Positions 1 through 13,260 of a stretch of 64,000 nt of DNA are shown here, piece by piece. Source of the DNA: Vicugna vicugna (taxonomy: Eukaryota); the NCBI GenBank assembly GCA_013265495.1, contig MU058844.1:3787895-3851894 (forward strand). Reading direction: 5' to 3'. The translations under genes were made by a program, and so were the position numbers. Every line of letters starts with the position of its first letter. The stretch's first letter is position 1. The notes under the pieces were generated by a model that saw only the letters and a list, made by a program, of their open reading frames with translations, was not told the DNA's origin and did no database searches.

Positions 1-1104
1 CCTGGATTTTATGTCAGTTTCAGTTCAGTCACACAGCTAGCGAGCTTTTCTTATCTACCCGTGAAGATGTAAGAATAAGTATCTTGTACTTACAAGGACT
101 GGAGAAGTGCTTGGCAGATATCATCAGCATGTCTGTTGTAATATGCTGTTTTCAACACTTAGTGGGAAAGCACTAGCTGCATTTTATGATTTATACATCA
201 AAGGAACTAAAACAGCATGTGTAGTCCTAATTTCCCTAATTTTCTATCACAAAGGAAAATCATGAAGTCAGAAAGAAAAAATCTTTTTGATGATTATTCA
301 CAAAATGCTGAAATGACAGTCTATGTGAAGAATGACTTTTGGTAAAGAAATAAACTTTTTTCTTCAAAATTGCTGTAATATATTATTACCATTCTTCATT
401 ATAGGAACGCAGAAGATACTCCAAAATAACCAGATCTTTACACTACAATAAAAACACAATCTATAGTCCCATTTCCAGGTAAATAAAGTCACTTTTTTAA
501 AAAAAGTGTCTTCTATTTCTATAATGTTGCATGTATGTAGAGTGAGTAGGTTTGTGCTGAGCCAAAATTCCTTCTTGAGTTATGTCAAACATTACTTTAT
601 TTTTAAATGATTGTGAAAATGAATTTGCCCAGCATTTTGGGGGCTCTCTGTTTAATTTCAACTGATTTGATGAGACACGTACAAAGGAAACAGATTTGAA
701 CATGATCACAGTATTTGCTGGGAAAGTTCATTGAGGTTAGGGTTCATCTTTTTTTTGTGTCTCCAATAAGTGGAAATCTAGAAGACTAAATCCAATCTTC
801 ACATTCATACAAGTTTTCTTTTGGGGCTCAGGAAGGCAAAGGGACCTCTACAGATTATTAGCAATGGTATGAAGGAAACCTGTTCTCCCTTGACCCCTTC
901 TTAAATTGGATGTATTAATTTGATTGGAGCTAAGATTCAGTGACTTTTGAGACTGAAAATCTGGATTCTGTTTGTATGAGGACACAAAGTGTTCATGAAA
1001 TTGATGTGATATACTGACACGTGCTTACATATGCACACATGCCAAGGGCTTCATTTAAATGCAGTGTTTCCATTCAGTATTTTTCACAATTTTGTCAGAT
1101 AGAG

Positions 1105-1235
1105 TGTCCTATTTACATTTTATAGATGAACAAACTGAGACTCAAGGAGGTTAAGTAACTTATTATAAGTCACTACTGTTATAAATCAAGTGGGTTTTTT
1201 TTTTATCTAAACCTTATGTTTTCCCCTCTTTAAAA
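1105..1235 (-). mobile_element. MIR SINE fragment
   Basis: MIR core-like 'attttatagatgaacaaactgagactcaaggaggttaagtaactt'. Confidence 0.75.
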
Positions 1236-1474
1236 ATCTTGCAGGTTCTATACCTCGATGTACACAGCTTATATTCTAGGTGGAGGTAAAAATCAGAAGG
1301 AGCAATGAATTACAAATGAAAAGTGAGGAATTCTTGTCCTGGTGTCACTACTGATCACTTAACTCCTCTGCAGCAAGAGTTTTTACATCCATTAAATAAA
1401 GATCAAGGCATTGGCATCTGTTCTTTCTGCCGTAAATGGTTTGTATGAGGCATCAAGTTGGAGAAGTCAGAAGA

Positions 1475-1680
1475 CCAGAATTGACATCCCAGCCCAACCA
1501 CTCGCTTACCAGTTCTGCAGCCTTGAGCAGGGCACTTTACAATTTAACAGTTCCCACACCTATTACATGAGAATACTGACCCACAGTCTGCCTATCTTAC
1601 ATGATAAAACACTATTAAAATGAAACATACAATTGTTAACACAATTTAAAAGCCATTTATACATGGGCTTTGTAAGTATA
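1475..1680 (+). mobile_element. MIR SINE, degraded
   Basis: 'cccagcccaaccactcgcttaccagttctgcagccttgagcag' resembles the MIR core. Confidence 0.55.
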
Positions 1681-1736
1681 CGCTGGGCAGAACTTGTACT
1701 GGAGAACAGAGCTTAAGTAAGAAATTTCTCCGTATG

Positions 1737-2239
1737 TGTATTAGTGTCTATTGCTAGTATACCAAATTAATACAAATTTGGTGGCTCAAACAATAGAAAT
1801 TTATTATATTCTGACCTACATAGGTCAGAAGTCCAACACAGGTCTCACTGGGCTAAAATCAAGGCATCTCTGGGGCTATGATCTTTCCTGAAGCATCTAG
1901 AAGATCTATTTCTTTGCCTTTTCCAAACTCTAGAAGCCACCTGCATTCCTTGGCTCAAGATCTCTTTCCTCTGTCTTCAAAGCCAGCATCGTTGCTCCTC
2001 TCTGGCCTTCCTTTGGTTGTTCAATCTCCCGCTGACCATAGATGGGAAAGGTTCTTCAGTTTTAAGGGTTTCTGTAATAAGGCTGGTTTTTCTGGATAAT
2101 ACGGGATACCCTCTCCTCCCTCAAGTTAATGACCATAAACTTAATCACATCTGCAAGTCTCTTTTGCTAACATAAGGTAACATATTCAGAGGTTCTGTGG
2201 ACATTTCGTGGAGAGGCAGGCATCATTCTGTCTACCACC
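1737..2239 (-). mobile_element. MLT1 (ERVL-MaLR) solo LTR, MLT1C/D-like
   Basis: Begins tgtattag, contains 'ggtctcactgggctaaaatcaagg' and 'cacctgcattccttggctc', ends 'ttctgtctaccac'. Confidence 0.85.
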
Positions 2240-2959
2240 ATGTATAACATTATAACATAGTGGAAGTGACAGTTACAGAGTTACTGAAAGTGATTTTTTT
2301 CTTAAATTATCCAGCATCAAATGCCTGATTGGAATTTGATTTAATACTGTTAAGTCCTCATCACATTTTATCTGCCACAGAAATTGTCTGCATGTGACTA
2401 TCAGCCCAACCCATCATCTCACTGGTTTAGTCATTTACTGCCTTTCAAAGGATAATTCTCTGCCACAGTAAAGAGATTCTCAGACTCACTGGCTGAAACA
2501 TCAACTACAGGAAAGAAGAGAAGTGCAGGTAAACTAAAACTGGAAACTTGTAAATAATATGAGAACAATCCCATATCTTGATGGGTTAGACTATCAGTTA
2601 TATACTTTGAGTGGATTTATATCTTATGCAATCACTGAAGGAGTTGGAAGGAAGTTTCCTTTCTTTCTCACCTACTTACCAGTACAGGAACTTGTTTTGC
2701 ACAAAATTTCATCTGTGGTCCAGGGGCTCCTTTTAAAATATTTTCTAGGACAGGACATCCTGCTCACTGCAAGGGGACTTCAGATGTGCACAGTTTTCTT
2801 GACGTGGAATCAGTCTTGCTACTATTTCTATTTGATTCTTCTGCCACCCATTGGAGGAACCAGGGAGGGATTCTCTACGATACTTATTCTTACTCCAGCA
2901 AAATGTCTTACTTCCTTCAGTCATCCTTCAAATGAAAGTCCTGATTGGATGAATTAAAG

Positions 2960-3085
2960 TAGGTGTGCTTATTTTAAAAATGGGAAAGCTGGGGCTTAGG
3001 GAGGCTTAATAACTTGCCCAGAGTACACAGTTAGTAATGACAGAGCCGTGATTCAAGGAAAGACTTGTCTGACTCTAACAGTCTT
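2960..3085 (-). mobile_element. MIR SINE fragment
   Basis: 'gggaaagctggggcttagggaggcttaataacttgcccagagtacacagttagtaa'. Confidence 0.75.
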
Positions 3086-3699
3086 GATTCTCAAAAGTGA
3101 GATCTGAATAAATTTAATGAATAGCTATCAAATTGATGCAGAGTGTGTCATAGCCAGATACTGGATGCAGACCTCCTGAATTTAGAAGATGGAATGGTTT
3201 ATATTTTTCTTATAAATATATGTGGGAGACTTAAAAAATTGGTGAAAAGTGATTAGGACCTGAGAGATGTAGACGGAAGGTGTAATGTCTTCCAAGTCTT
3301 AGATTTTAAGACCTAGAAGGGATATTAGAGATAACACTGACAGTTGATCTCAAGCGTGGTTGCTCAAGCCTAGTAATAGAGTGAAAGCCACAGGGTGGGA
3401 GTTCAGGGCGTCGATAGTCTGGTGCAAACACTCCAGTGAGGCCCAGACACCTGGCTTTATGGCCCCACAACTAATGCCAAACCTTCTCTGTAAAATCCCA
3501 AAGTACTGATTTTCCCGGTGAAGGCTGGCTCAGTAGAGAGGATGGCCTAAATAAATCTGGGCAAAGGGCCTCAGTACCTGCAGCTCATGAGACAGGTAAG
3601 GCAGGATGTATGGACAGAGTCCATGGGTCTCTGCCCAGAGCTGTCTCATTGCTCCCGAGACCCAGAACCGTCTCACCCTCCTCCACTTGTCATAATCAG

Positions 3700-4095
3700 G
3701 CATCTCCTGCCAGCACTTATTGAAACTACTTCTTTGAATATCACTAGCAGCTCATACTAAGTGAATCCAGAAGTTTTTTCTCAGCTCCCCCTTTTCTTTC
3801 TCTTCAAACAGTGAACTTGACTGGCCGATCCCACCTTATGTGATATCTTCCCTCCAATGTTTTCTTGTTCTCTCCAACTTTGGTTAATTTTTCTCTCTCC
3901 TAGGAGACCTCCCTTTCTTCTTCTCATGCAAATACACTTCGCATTTCCTAAGCCTTTGTCCTTGATCATCTGCTCTTCCTCCCATTTACTCTCTCCTCCA
4001 AGATTTCAGTTTTTCTCATGGCTTCAAGTATTTGCTCTATATGGGTGATTCCAAAATCTGAACCCCAGACCTGACTTTTCTCTTCTTCTTTCAGC
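3700..4095 (+). mobile_element. L2 LINE relic
   Basis: Pyrimidine-rich; 'ctcatggcttcaagtatttgctctatatgggtgattccaaaatct' resembles the L2 RT (YADD) region. Confidence 0.55.
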
Positions 4096-4149
4096 CTACT
4101 GTATTTCAGCCCATTTAGGAGCAAAATATTGACATTTAAAACACAATGA

Positions 4150-4781
4150 CTCAAAAAGACACATGCACTGCAATGTTCATAGCAGCACTATTTATAGTAG
4201 CCAAGACATGGAAGCAACCTTCAAGTCTATTGACAGATGACTGGATAAAGAAGATGTGGTATATAAATATACATATATACACACATACACACATACCTAC
4301 ATATAATGGAATGTTACTCAGACATAAAAAAAGAATGAAATAATGCCATTTGCAGCAACATGGATGGACCTAGAGATTATCATATTAAGGGTAGTAAGTC
4401 AGACAAAGACAAGTATCATACTGATATCACTTATATGTGGAATCTAAAAAAAGAGACAGGTGAATTTATTCACAAACTGGAAATAGATTCACAGGCATAG
4501 AAAACAAACTATGGTTACCAATGGGGAAAGGAGTGGAGGAGGGAGGGATAAATTAGGAGTTTTGGATTAACATACACACAGATAAACTAGGATCTATTGT
4601 ATAGTACAGGGAACTGTATTCAATGTCTTGTAATAATCTATAATGGAAAAAATCTGAAAAAGAATATATATGTATATGTATAACCGAATCACCTTGCTGT
4701 AAAACTGAAACTAACATGACATTGTAAATCAACAATACTTCAATAAAAATAAATTTAAAAAAAAGAGCAGTTGAAGAAGAA
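4150..4781 (+). mobile_element. 5'-truncated L1 (ORF2 C-terminus + 3' UTR), artiodactyl/camelid type
   Basis: ORF 4146-4343 (KDTCTAMFIAALFIVAKTWKQP..DWIKKMWYI) is the L1 ORF2 C-terminus; aataaa plus A-tail near 4742-4765; candidate TSD aaaacacaatga / aaaacgtaatga. Confidence 0.92.
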
Positions 4782-5754
4782 AAAACGTAATGAAATTAGT
4801 ATGTTCAAATTTGAACAAGACTTGATGTCTGGGAAAAACTGTGCTGTGCCCCCAAAATAGACACAATGGTGAAATTTACAAAGAGGTCAGTTTAATACAA
4901 ACTGGTTTCCATATGATACAGTGGATGATAAACTTTTGGGCTTTTTCAGTTAAAAAAATAAATTTAATCACAGAAGTATAACATGTGTCTCCTTTACACA
5001 GGAAAGATCCCCACTAAATCAGTTTAGTATCACCTTTATCGGGATGCAAGATTTAGGCTGCTCCCTACATACTTGATTTCCTCTATTAAGGGGAAGGGGG
5101 TGCTTATAAGTATCCAGGATTGTAACCTGACAGGCAGTGTACAAGAAATGAACATGAGCCATGCTCTAAGACAGGGCATCCTTGATGTTCCTCGCACAAT
5201 GTGGCAGCAGGCACTCTTTCCTTGGCCATCCAAGCCAACCTCCTTCTAAATTTTTTTAAAAATTGCTCCTCCACCTTCTTGTTCTCCAATCTAATGGATC
5301 ATCCCCAAGGTAAAAACTCAGTCCTGAAAGAATGTCTCTTAGAAGGGAAACTGCATCTAGCAATGAGGTCGGCAATTTGTCTAAATCTTTATTTCGGTCT
5401 CAGGGTTCACTAGGGGGTATCAGGGCAAGAGAAAATGCACAGAAGAACAAGGCTAATATTTCAAGGTATGAACCTTCCACATGTGTTTTACACATCCTTG
5501 GGAGAGAACCAATTACTGTTAGAGTTGTCACCAAGGAAGAAGGGCACGGGCACAAACAAGATAGCCCAGGCCACCAGGCCACCACAAGTTACAAGGACTT
5601 GGATATATGAGGAGGTGGAGGTAGAGACCTAATTTGGGCATGAAAGTAGGTGATGTGGAAAGGCTGCTCAGGGGGTGTTTGTGGGTAGGAATTTGAGAGA
5701 ATTCAAAACAAGAAATATAGCCTGGAAGGAAGGGTACTTGATTTTACATATAAT

Positions 5755-5945
5755 AAAACTAGTATTAGTTGAGCACATAATGTCAAGCACTGTTCTGAAT
5801 ACATTCTATGTATTAAGTTATCTAATCCTCATCGTAATCCTCTAAGGGCAAGATATACCCACTTTACAAAGGAGATATTGAGGCACAGAGTAAGTGGCAG
5901 AGGTAGGGCTCTGAATTGAGGCCCCAGATCTCAAAATCATTACCC
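5755..5945 (-). mobile_element. MIR SINE
   Basis: 'aagcactgttctgaatacattct...cccactttacaaaggagatattgaggcacagag'. Confidence 0.7.
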
Positions 5946-7487
5946 TGTGATCCCAGTAAATCAAAGTATGAGAAATTGGGTAATTTTTGAGGTCCTCCTT
6001 CTCTCACTGATTCTGGTGAGGGCACATCATTAATAAACCATGTGACTGTAGTTTCTCCTTGTATAATTTATTTTGCATGGCTGACCTCAGGGTCTGGAGG
6101 ACACTGTGGACAGGGAGATGTTAGAAACTCGGATGTCCTTATCTGATGCTATGAGCAAGCTAACTCACAACTGGAGCCCTCTGAGCAGCCTACTGCTTAG
6201 ATTTCCCTCCTTGCCCTTAATATCATCCTGGGGAGTTGGGTCTGCCTACAGGGGGAAAAGACTGGGTCACACTGCTTACTGGAAATTTCATGTAAGTAAA
6301 CTGGTTGACTGAACACATAACAGAATCAAAATGCAACATTCTTTTTATCTTTCGCCATTCTTTTATATTCTATACAGTGGAGGCAATCTTTCCCTGCCTC
6401 TGGATGAAAACTCCAGAAGATCCCATGGTTTCTGTTCATTCTTACTTAATAAACTAATTGACAATTTTGACAATGGTCTATTTAAGTTGCAAACAGCATA
6501 GAATCAGTATTTTGAATGTCAAGCCCCATAAGTTAAAACTTCAGTGGATCCCTATGATCTGAAAGAGAACATCTCACATTTTCTTCGGAGAAGCATTCCT
6601 AATGGCAAAAGAAGGAAAAATGTGTATTCTGATGGAGAGGCAGGAGCTCACACTTGGCATAGGTTTTGGGAATGTAGCCATTGGGTCGAATACAGCTGGT
6701 GAAGTTTCTCTTTGGTATTTTTTACTTTAATTATTAAACAGTTATATCAGTTTTTCACTAACTTCAGTAATGCATCAGTATGAAAGAGTGTTAAAATGTT
6801 TAAAATTATTTCCTGGGAAAAAGACTATACTTCTCTTTTTCATACCTCCCTGAGCTCTGATTAGAGTTCGTAGTTAAGGAAAACACCTCACGTTGATCCC
6901 ATGGTGCTTACCGGAGGCAGGCTAAGCCTACAGAATCCACATTCAAAATCATGCCGTTAAAAAATGTCCAAGCATCAAGCACATATGTCAAACTTCCACA
7001 TCTGTTTAAAGTCTGTATAGACACATAGACATGTTACATAATTTTCTATACTTTTTTTATAAGTTTGAAATGTTTCATATTTATAAAACACACACAAAAT
7101 TTTAAAAAAGAAAAATTTATAGTCTCATTGCCACCTATGAATCCAAATCCTCCTCCTTACACTTTTTTTTAGCGATCCTTGAACTGAATGTGCAGATTTC
7201 TGATTTTAAATCTTAACTTATTCCATCCCCCAGCAGGAAATTTCTTCTTTTCACTTCATGTTTGTCTGAGTCCCACCCTTTCTGATGAATTTAAATTTCA
7301 CTGCCCAAAGAAAACCATGCCAAATATCTTCATTCCTCAATTAATCACACCCCCTTTCTTCTAAATAGCTGAAATATCTGCATCCTGGTCTATTCTTACC
7401 TTCCAATCTGCTTTTCATAGGCATTATCTTTTTCCTGATGTCCCATTTCCTCCCCAGGCAGTTGGTTAAGTACCACAGTAGGCATTT

Positions 7488-7527
7488 AAAAAGTATTTGC
7501 TAGGAAAAAAAAAAAGTATTTGCTAGG
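7488..7527 (+). repeat. Perfect 17-bp direct duplication flanking an A-run
   Basis: aaaaagtatttgctagg at 7488-7504 and 7511-7527, separated only by A residues. Confidence 0.9.
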
Positions 7528-7719
7528 AAAAATAACTGAAGGACATGAGAAAACAAGTTCCTCAAACCTTAAGCTATATCAACTGCTTTCATGAAAATGG
7601 GTGGATGGTGGTTCTTATTAGTCAATCTAACTTCCCAGATGAATCACTGCATGAAACCATGTAAATTTACCTTGGAAAGAGAACTTATTTCTCTATTTTC
7701 AGTTTCAAATTTCTATGTG

Positions 7720-7815
7720 GTTTGTTCACTCATTCATTCACTTAAGAAATATTTTTGAGCGCCTATACTGCCCAGATACTATTCTTGTTGTTGGGACATA
7801 GCCATATGCAAAACA
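7720..7815 (-). mobile_element. L2 3' end
   Basis: 'cattcattcacttaagaaatatttttgagcgcctatactgcccagatact' is the typical L2 tail in reverse. Confidence 0.65.
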
Positions 7816-8369
7816 GATGATGTTGATGGTGGTGTTGGTGATGTGATGATGATAAAGAAAGCCCACTTGGTCCATTTGGGTGTGGTAATAAACATTTCCC
7901 ATCAGTTGTACCTTACCTAGAGCACTCGGTGTGAATCTGGGCATATTGAAGGGTTTCTGGTGGTAGAACGCTAAGCAATTTGTTGATCAGGTGTGATCAG
8001 AGGGTAGGCACATTGAGGTTGATGGCTGGTCATCAGGAACAACAGCTATCTCCTTAACATTCTAGATAGTGATGGAGTAGGAACACTTAGGAGAGTGTCT
8101 GGTTAAGTTTAACCAGAATGGATAATGTTAAATGCAGGGCACAGATTTGTATCCTGGAGCAGACCCCAGTAAGACTATGCCCAGATTCAAAGAGAGAAAG
8201 TTTCATGATAAAGTAAAAGCAAACTGTAAGAATCATAGCAAGAGATAAAATAAGAGTCAGAGCAAAGGCAGCTGTGATGTGCATCCCCAGTAATAGAATA
8301 TCCAGTGTAAAACAATGCCTTCTAATGCAGAGTTTGGGTTTTAAAGCTGTTTTAAAACTTTTGCATTTG

Positions 8370-9055
8370 TTAACAACTGTTGATGAAGCTGTAGAGAAAT
8401 TGGAATCCTCATACATTGCTGGAAAGAAAGTAAAACGATGCAGTTGCTATGGAAAATAGTTTGGTGGTTTCTCAAAAAGTTAAATATATGATTACCATAT
8501 GATCCAGCAATTCCACCCCTATACCCAAAAGAATTGAAAACGGGAACTCAAACAGATACTTTATGCAAATGTTCACTGCAGCATTATTCATAATAGCCAA
8601 AAAGTGGAAGCAACCAAAGTCTATCAACATAAATGGATAAATAAAAGGTGGTATATACATGTAATGGAATATTATTCAGCCATAAAAAAGGAATGAAGTT
8701 CTGATACATGCTACAACATAGACAAATCATGAAAATATGCTAATTGAAATGAGGCCAGAAACAAAGAGACAAGTATTATATGGTTCAATTTATTTGAACC
8801 ATCTTAGACAAACTGATAGAGACAAAAAGCAGTTAGAGTTTATCAGACACTAGAGGGAGGGGCAATGGGGAGTTACAGCTTAAATGGGTAAAGAGATCCT
8901 ATTTGGGGTGATGAAGAATATTTGAAAATAGATAGTCGTGATGGTTCCACAACATCATGAATTTAATCAATGCCAGTAATTGTACACTTAAAAATGATGC
9001 AAATGGAAAATTTTATGTTAGATATAACTTACCACAATAAAAAAGAATTAAAATA
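8370..9055 (+). mobile_element. L1 (L1MB-like) ORF2 end and 3' UTR
   Basis: 'tatgatccagcaattccac', 'gcagcattattcataatagccaaaaagtggaagcaacc', ends aataaaaaa. Confidence 0.9.
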
Positions 9056-9696
9056 TTCAAAAAATATTGTTGCATTTATATACAGATTATGTATATGCAT
9101 ATGAATACTTACCATGTGTATGCCAATCTATATGTGAAGAATTATAACTGCATGGAAAATGCTTATGATGTAATGCAAGAAGAAAAGATCAGGATGCAAC
9201 ACTCTTTGTACAGTCAGATCTCATTAAAATTATTCACAAGTGTGCCTTAACAACTGCATAAAAGTTCATCATTTGAATGTGATCTGATAACCTTTTCAGA
9301 AAGAATGGAGCTGCTCTTAATTCGTTCAGAAAATTCTCCCTAATACAAAATGATGGAAGCTTGTCTACTTATTTTCTCCTCCTGACCATAATCTCATTTC
9401 TCTTTCTAGCACTTTCCAACATCCAGAGCATATAATCAGGAACCTACTGCTTCTGCCTACAGAGGTTTTAGAACTGGATCTAATAATCAATAAATATTCA
9501 GAATATTAGCATCAATATTCTGAAGGTGAAATGAGAAAATGTAGAGAGCCACAAACTTCCTTTAAATAATTAGAGCTTCAAAAGTTAAAATCCTGCAGTG
9601 CTGTATACAATAGTAGGATACATTTCTCTCGGCAATTGCATGTTAGAGTCATAATTAAATATCTCCTTAGTCCTGAACTCTGCGATTCCCCCAAAC

Positions 9697-9870
9697 CAGT
9701 GCGTGGATCCAAGTGGCTGTATTAAGATACCTTGGGAACAGCTTAAAAAAAAAAAGCAGCAGCAGCTTCCTGGACCCTGATTCAGAAGTCTAGAGTGGGG
9801 CCTAGAAATCTGTATTTTACCAAGTTTCCCACGTGGTTCTGATGAGTAACCAGGTTTGGGAACTGCTGCC
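9697..9870. mobile_element. MER5-type hAT-Charlie MITE
   Basis: 'ggggcctagaaatctgtattttaccaagtttccc...ggtttgggaactgctg'. Confidence 0.75.
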
Positions 9871-10594
9871 CTGGGAGCTGTAGTGTAACACAGTTATTCC
9901 CTGGCAGCCAGAAAGTAAGAACGGAAGGTGGATCTTGATCTACTGTGTGAAACCCAACAGATTCCCCAGAGAGATTCTCCCTGGAAGACATTTAAAAAAT
10001 CTATTTCAAGACAGTTATTTCCCTGGAGTGTTTTGATTGTCATTCTAAAGCCGTGGTAGAGATTTGATGAACTTTGCGGGTCACTTCCAACTGTCCAGTT
10101 TTATAAAAATATGCCCGGTTCTGTAAATGTTGCAATGATCTTTAGAAAAAGATTTTCCCTCTAGAAGAGAGTGCATTTACTTCACACACATTAAGCTAAG
10201 TGATCATGACACTTTCACACCCCTGAGCACATTTAGTTCTTGATAGAGAATGAGACATTTGGATTGTTCTAGGCACATAAAGACACTGGGGATTTTATGC
10301 AGCTTTCATTTCTCAAAAAATCTATATTCAACATAAAACTAATATTTATTTCCTTCATTTTGTAGATAACTTGCTTTGTAAAGGATATATAACACTTACC
10401 CCAATTTGACACAAGAAATGACTTGTTTTGAACAAATGCCTCATTCTAACATGATCTTGTGTTCCTCTCTTTCAATTTCTTTCCATTAATTTTTTTTACA
10501 AAAAATTATTTTAACCCAAGATTTAATGTATAATATACAATGGACTCTGGCCCAAATTTTCAGCCTTCATAAGACCATACCTTAGAGGAATTAT

Positions 10595-11125
10595 TGTAGT
10601 GGAAAGTTGATCTTTTTGTCTGGACACCACCTTTATGTGCCCTGAGATTCTGCTATTATCCAATACAAGTGGTCCTGGTGAGGAATCTGTCAATCACCAT
10701 GTCTGCTCCTTTGTTCTTATGTGTGAACATGTGATCCCAGGTGGACCATTTTTAATAGCCCATCCTTCCAGGAGCAGTGATTGGCTTAGACATGAGCATG
10801 TGCCCTAAGAAAGACCAATCATGTGCTGGATGATAGAATCTCGCCTCCTCCTTCCCTTCTGTGTTTGCTAAAATGGAAGAATGTGACTCTGGGTCAATTA
10901 GAAGCAGTTTTTCCCACCAAGCAATAAGAGTTTGTTTACATAAGGAAGTATGTATTTAGAAAGAGGCAGAGAAGAGGGATGGGGAAAGAGACTTATGACA
11001 TTCTGGATCTAATTATGCTGACTTTCGAACTTCCAGATATGATGTTCCTGAATTTCTTCTTGGAGCACTGGGTTTAACACGAATTAAATTGCAAAAAAAC
11101 CCAAAAAACAAAAACCCCTAATACA
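10595..11125 (+). mobile_element. Old ERVL/MaLR-type LTR (MLT1/LTR16-like)
   Basis: tgtagtgg start, 'gagcatgtgccctaagaaagaccaatc', ends 'ctaataca'. Confidence 0.5.
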
Positions 11126-11134
11126 AGTGTTCTC

Positions 11135-11270
11135 TCCATTTTCCAGATGAGTAGATGAGCAAATTGAAGCTCAGAAAATTTAAGTAACTTGATTTAGTCA
11201 GTGAGTAAACCAGACTAAAACTCATGTCCTAATACCCTAAATCCTGTGGTTTTTTTTTTACTACCTTGAT
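11135..11270 (-). mobile_element. MIR fragment
   Basis: 'agatgagcaaattgaagctcagaaaattaagtaactt'. Confidence 0.65.
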
Positions 11271-12029
11271 CTTTAGCATCTCCTGAAGAGGTCTGACACT
11301 CAGGGGAAGAGAACATGATGTAGGAAACAGATCAAATGTGGCTAGCTGAGGAGGATATGATACCAAAATACTGAATTTGCTGAACTGCATTTTATTCAAA
11401 CTTACAGAGATCTTTGCATAAATTGGAAGAGCCTAGTGTGTCAAACATAAAAAATGAACCTACTAAGTACCAAAAATAAAACAAGAATTTAAATTTTATA
11501 TTATCTGAAGATAAGCACATTTCATTCAAAAGCTCTTCAGTATTTTAAGAAAGTTTTGTTAAATCGTGAGGAGTAGTAAATCACAGCTACAAACTCTACC
11601 ATAACATACAAATCTACCATAATATTTTACCTTGAAGGCTAGTGGATGTATCTTGCTTCAGCTTAGAATTTTAGAAGTGGCAGGACCTGATAACCTACAC
11701 TCAAAATGGCAGGCTAGATTGGACAATCAAAACCTATGATTATGGTATTTTCCAATCAGACAAAGTAAAATTTATCATCTAGTGACAGATCAAAGGTTGT
11801 CTCCTCAGGGTTCCAATGTACCTGGAAGTGTTCTTTGATTGTTCCCTCCTATTCCTAATCTATTCCTGTCCTCCTTTGACAAAATGCTGTCCCATAAGAA
11901 AGAGTCTGAAGAGCATGATGTTTAAAATTTGTGTATTCAAGAAAGTGCTAAAGGAAATAAAATTGAATGCAAGAGAGAAACAAATCTCTAAACATGACTG
12001 AATGCATGCTATAACTAACATTTGGATTT

Positions 12030-13260
12030 ATTTTCCTCTATTAATAAATATGTTTAAAATTTAAGATGTAACAATTGATATATAAACATCACAGTAACAT
12101 TTATATAATAGTAAAAAAATGTATCATAGTAATAAAATAAATACCTGAAAATCCCCAGCTGATCTTAAGAACAAGAACTTGATCAACTCTTGGAGCCGAG
12201 TGATTCTGCCCAAACTCATCTCCATGCTTCCTTCCTTAGAGGTCACTACTTTCCTGAATTAATTCCCTTACATTTCTAAAAAGTAGTTTAGTTTTTTAAA
12301 ATTATGTTTCCCTAACAATATATTGTTTGGTTTTTCTTGAGTTTGAGCAATGTAATATTTGTATCATGCTATAGGTAGTCCTCTGTGACTTATTTTATTC
12401 CACATTATGTTTCTAAAATGTATTCATGTTTACAAGGAGCTATATAGTTCACTCATTTTTAGTCTGTATAATATTCCATTGTATGATTATTGTATAATTC
12501 ATTTAGTCATTTTCCTGTCATTGGAAATTTGAGTTTTTTCCCCATTTTTTTGCATGTATGAACGATAATGTCATAAATGTTCTTATTCATTTCTCTTGTT
12601 ATACATGTGCAAGAATTTTTTTAGGGTGCATACCTAAAAGAGGACCTGTTTGGCTTTTGGGTATAGAATATTAAACTTAACATGAAGGTGTCAAACTCTT
12701 TCCCTAAGTGATTACATCAATTTACACTCCTACCCGCAGTGTATAAGTATTCACTGATTCAATTCCTTACTGATATTTGGCAGTGTCAGACCTGAATTTT
12801 TGTACATTTAGTGGTTATAAATTCGTATCTTATTGTAGTCTTAATTTGCATCTCTGTGATTACTAATGAAGTTGAACATTTTTTTCATGTGTGTATACAG
12901 TATTTGTGATTCTGTGAAATACCTGTTTGTGACTTTTTCCCATTTTTTTTTTCTCTTGAGTTGTTTGACTTTCTTCTTATTTTTTTGTAGGTATTTTGAA
13001 AACACATTCTGGCTTCTGTTCCCTTATTGATTCTATGTGTTGCAAGTATCTTCCTCAAGTTTATAACATTTCCTTTTTCCTTTCTCTCTTATGTCTTTAA
13101 GAACAGCTTTATTAAATTTTAGTATGGTCAAATTTATCAGTATTTTCCTTTATGACACATGCTTTTTTGTCTTAAAAAATTCACTGAATAAATCTTTTAT
13201 ATTTTCTTCGAAACATTTCGAAGTTTTATTTCTTGCATTTCAACCTGGGCTTGTTTTTGG
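12030..13260 (-). mobile_element. Old L1 (L1M) 3' region
   Basis: Antisense L1 motifs 'ataatattccattgtatga', 'ttaatttgcatctctgtgattactaatgaagttgaacat'. Confidence 0.85.

Noticed and set aside
1245..1285. 41-nt exon-like segment (FYTSMYTAYILGG)
   Set aside because: Weak donor (gtaaaa), adjacent to a MIR, no supporting partner exon.
2559..2957. 132-aa plus-strand ORF
   Set aside because: No recognisable homology or gene context; length is compatible with chance.
4146..4343. ORF with real protein similarity
   Set aside because: It is the truncated L1 ORF2 C-terminus, not a host gene; the same applies to 26064-26246 and 56754-57056.
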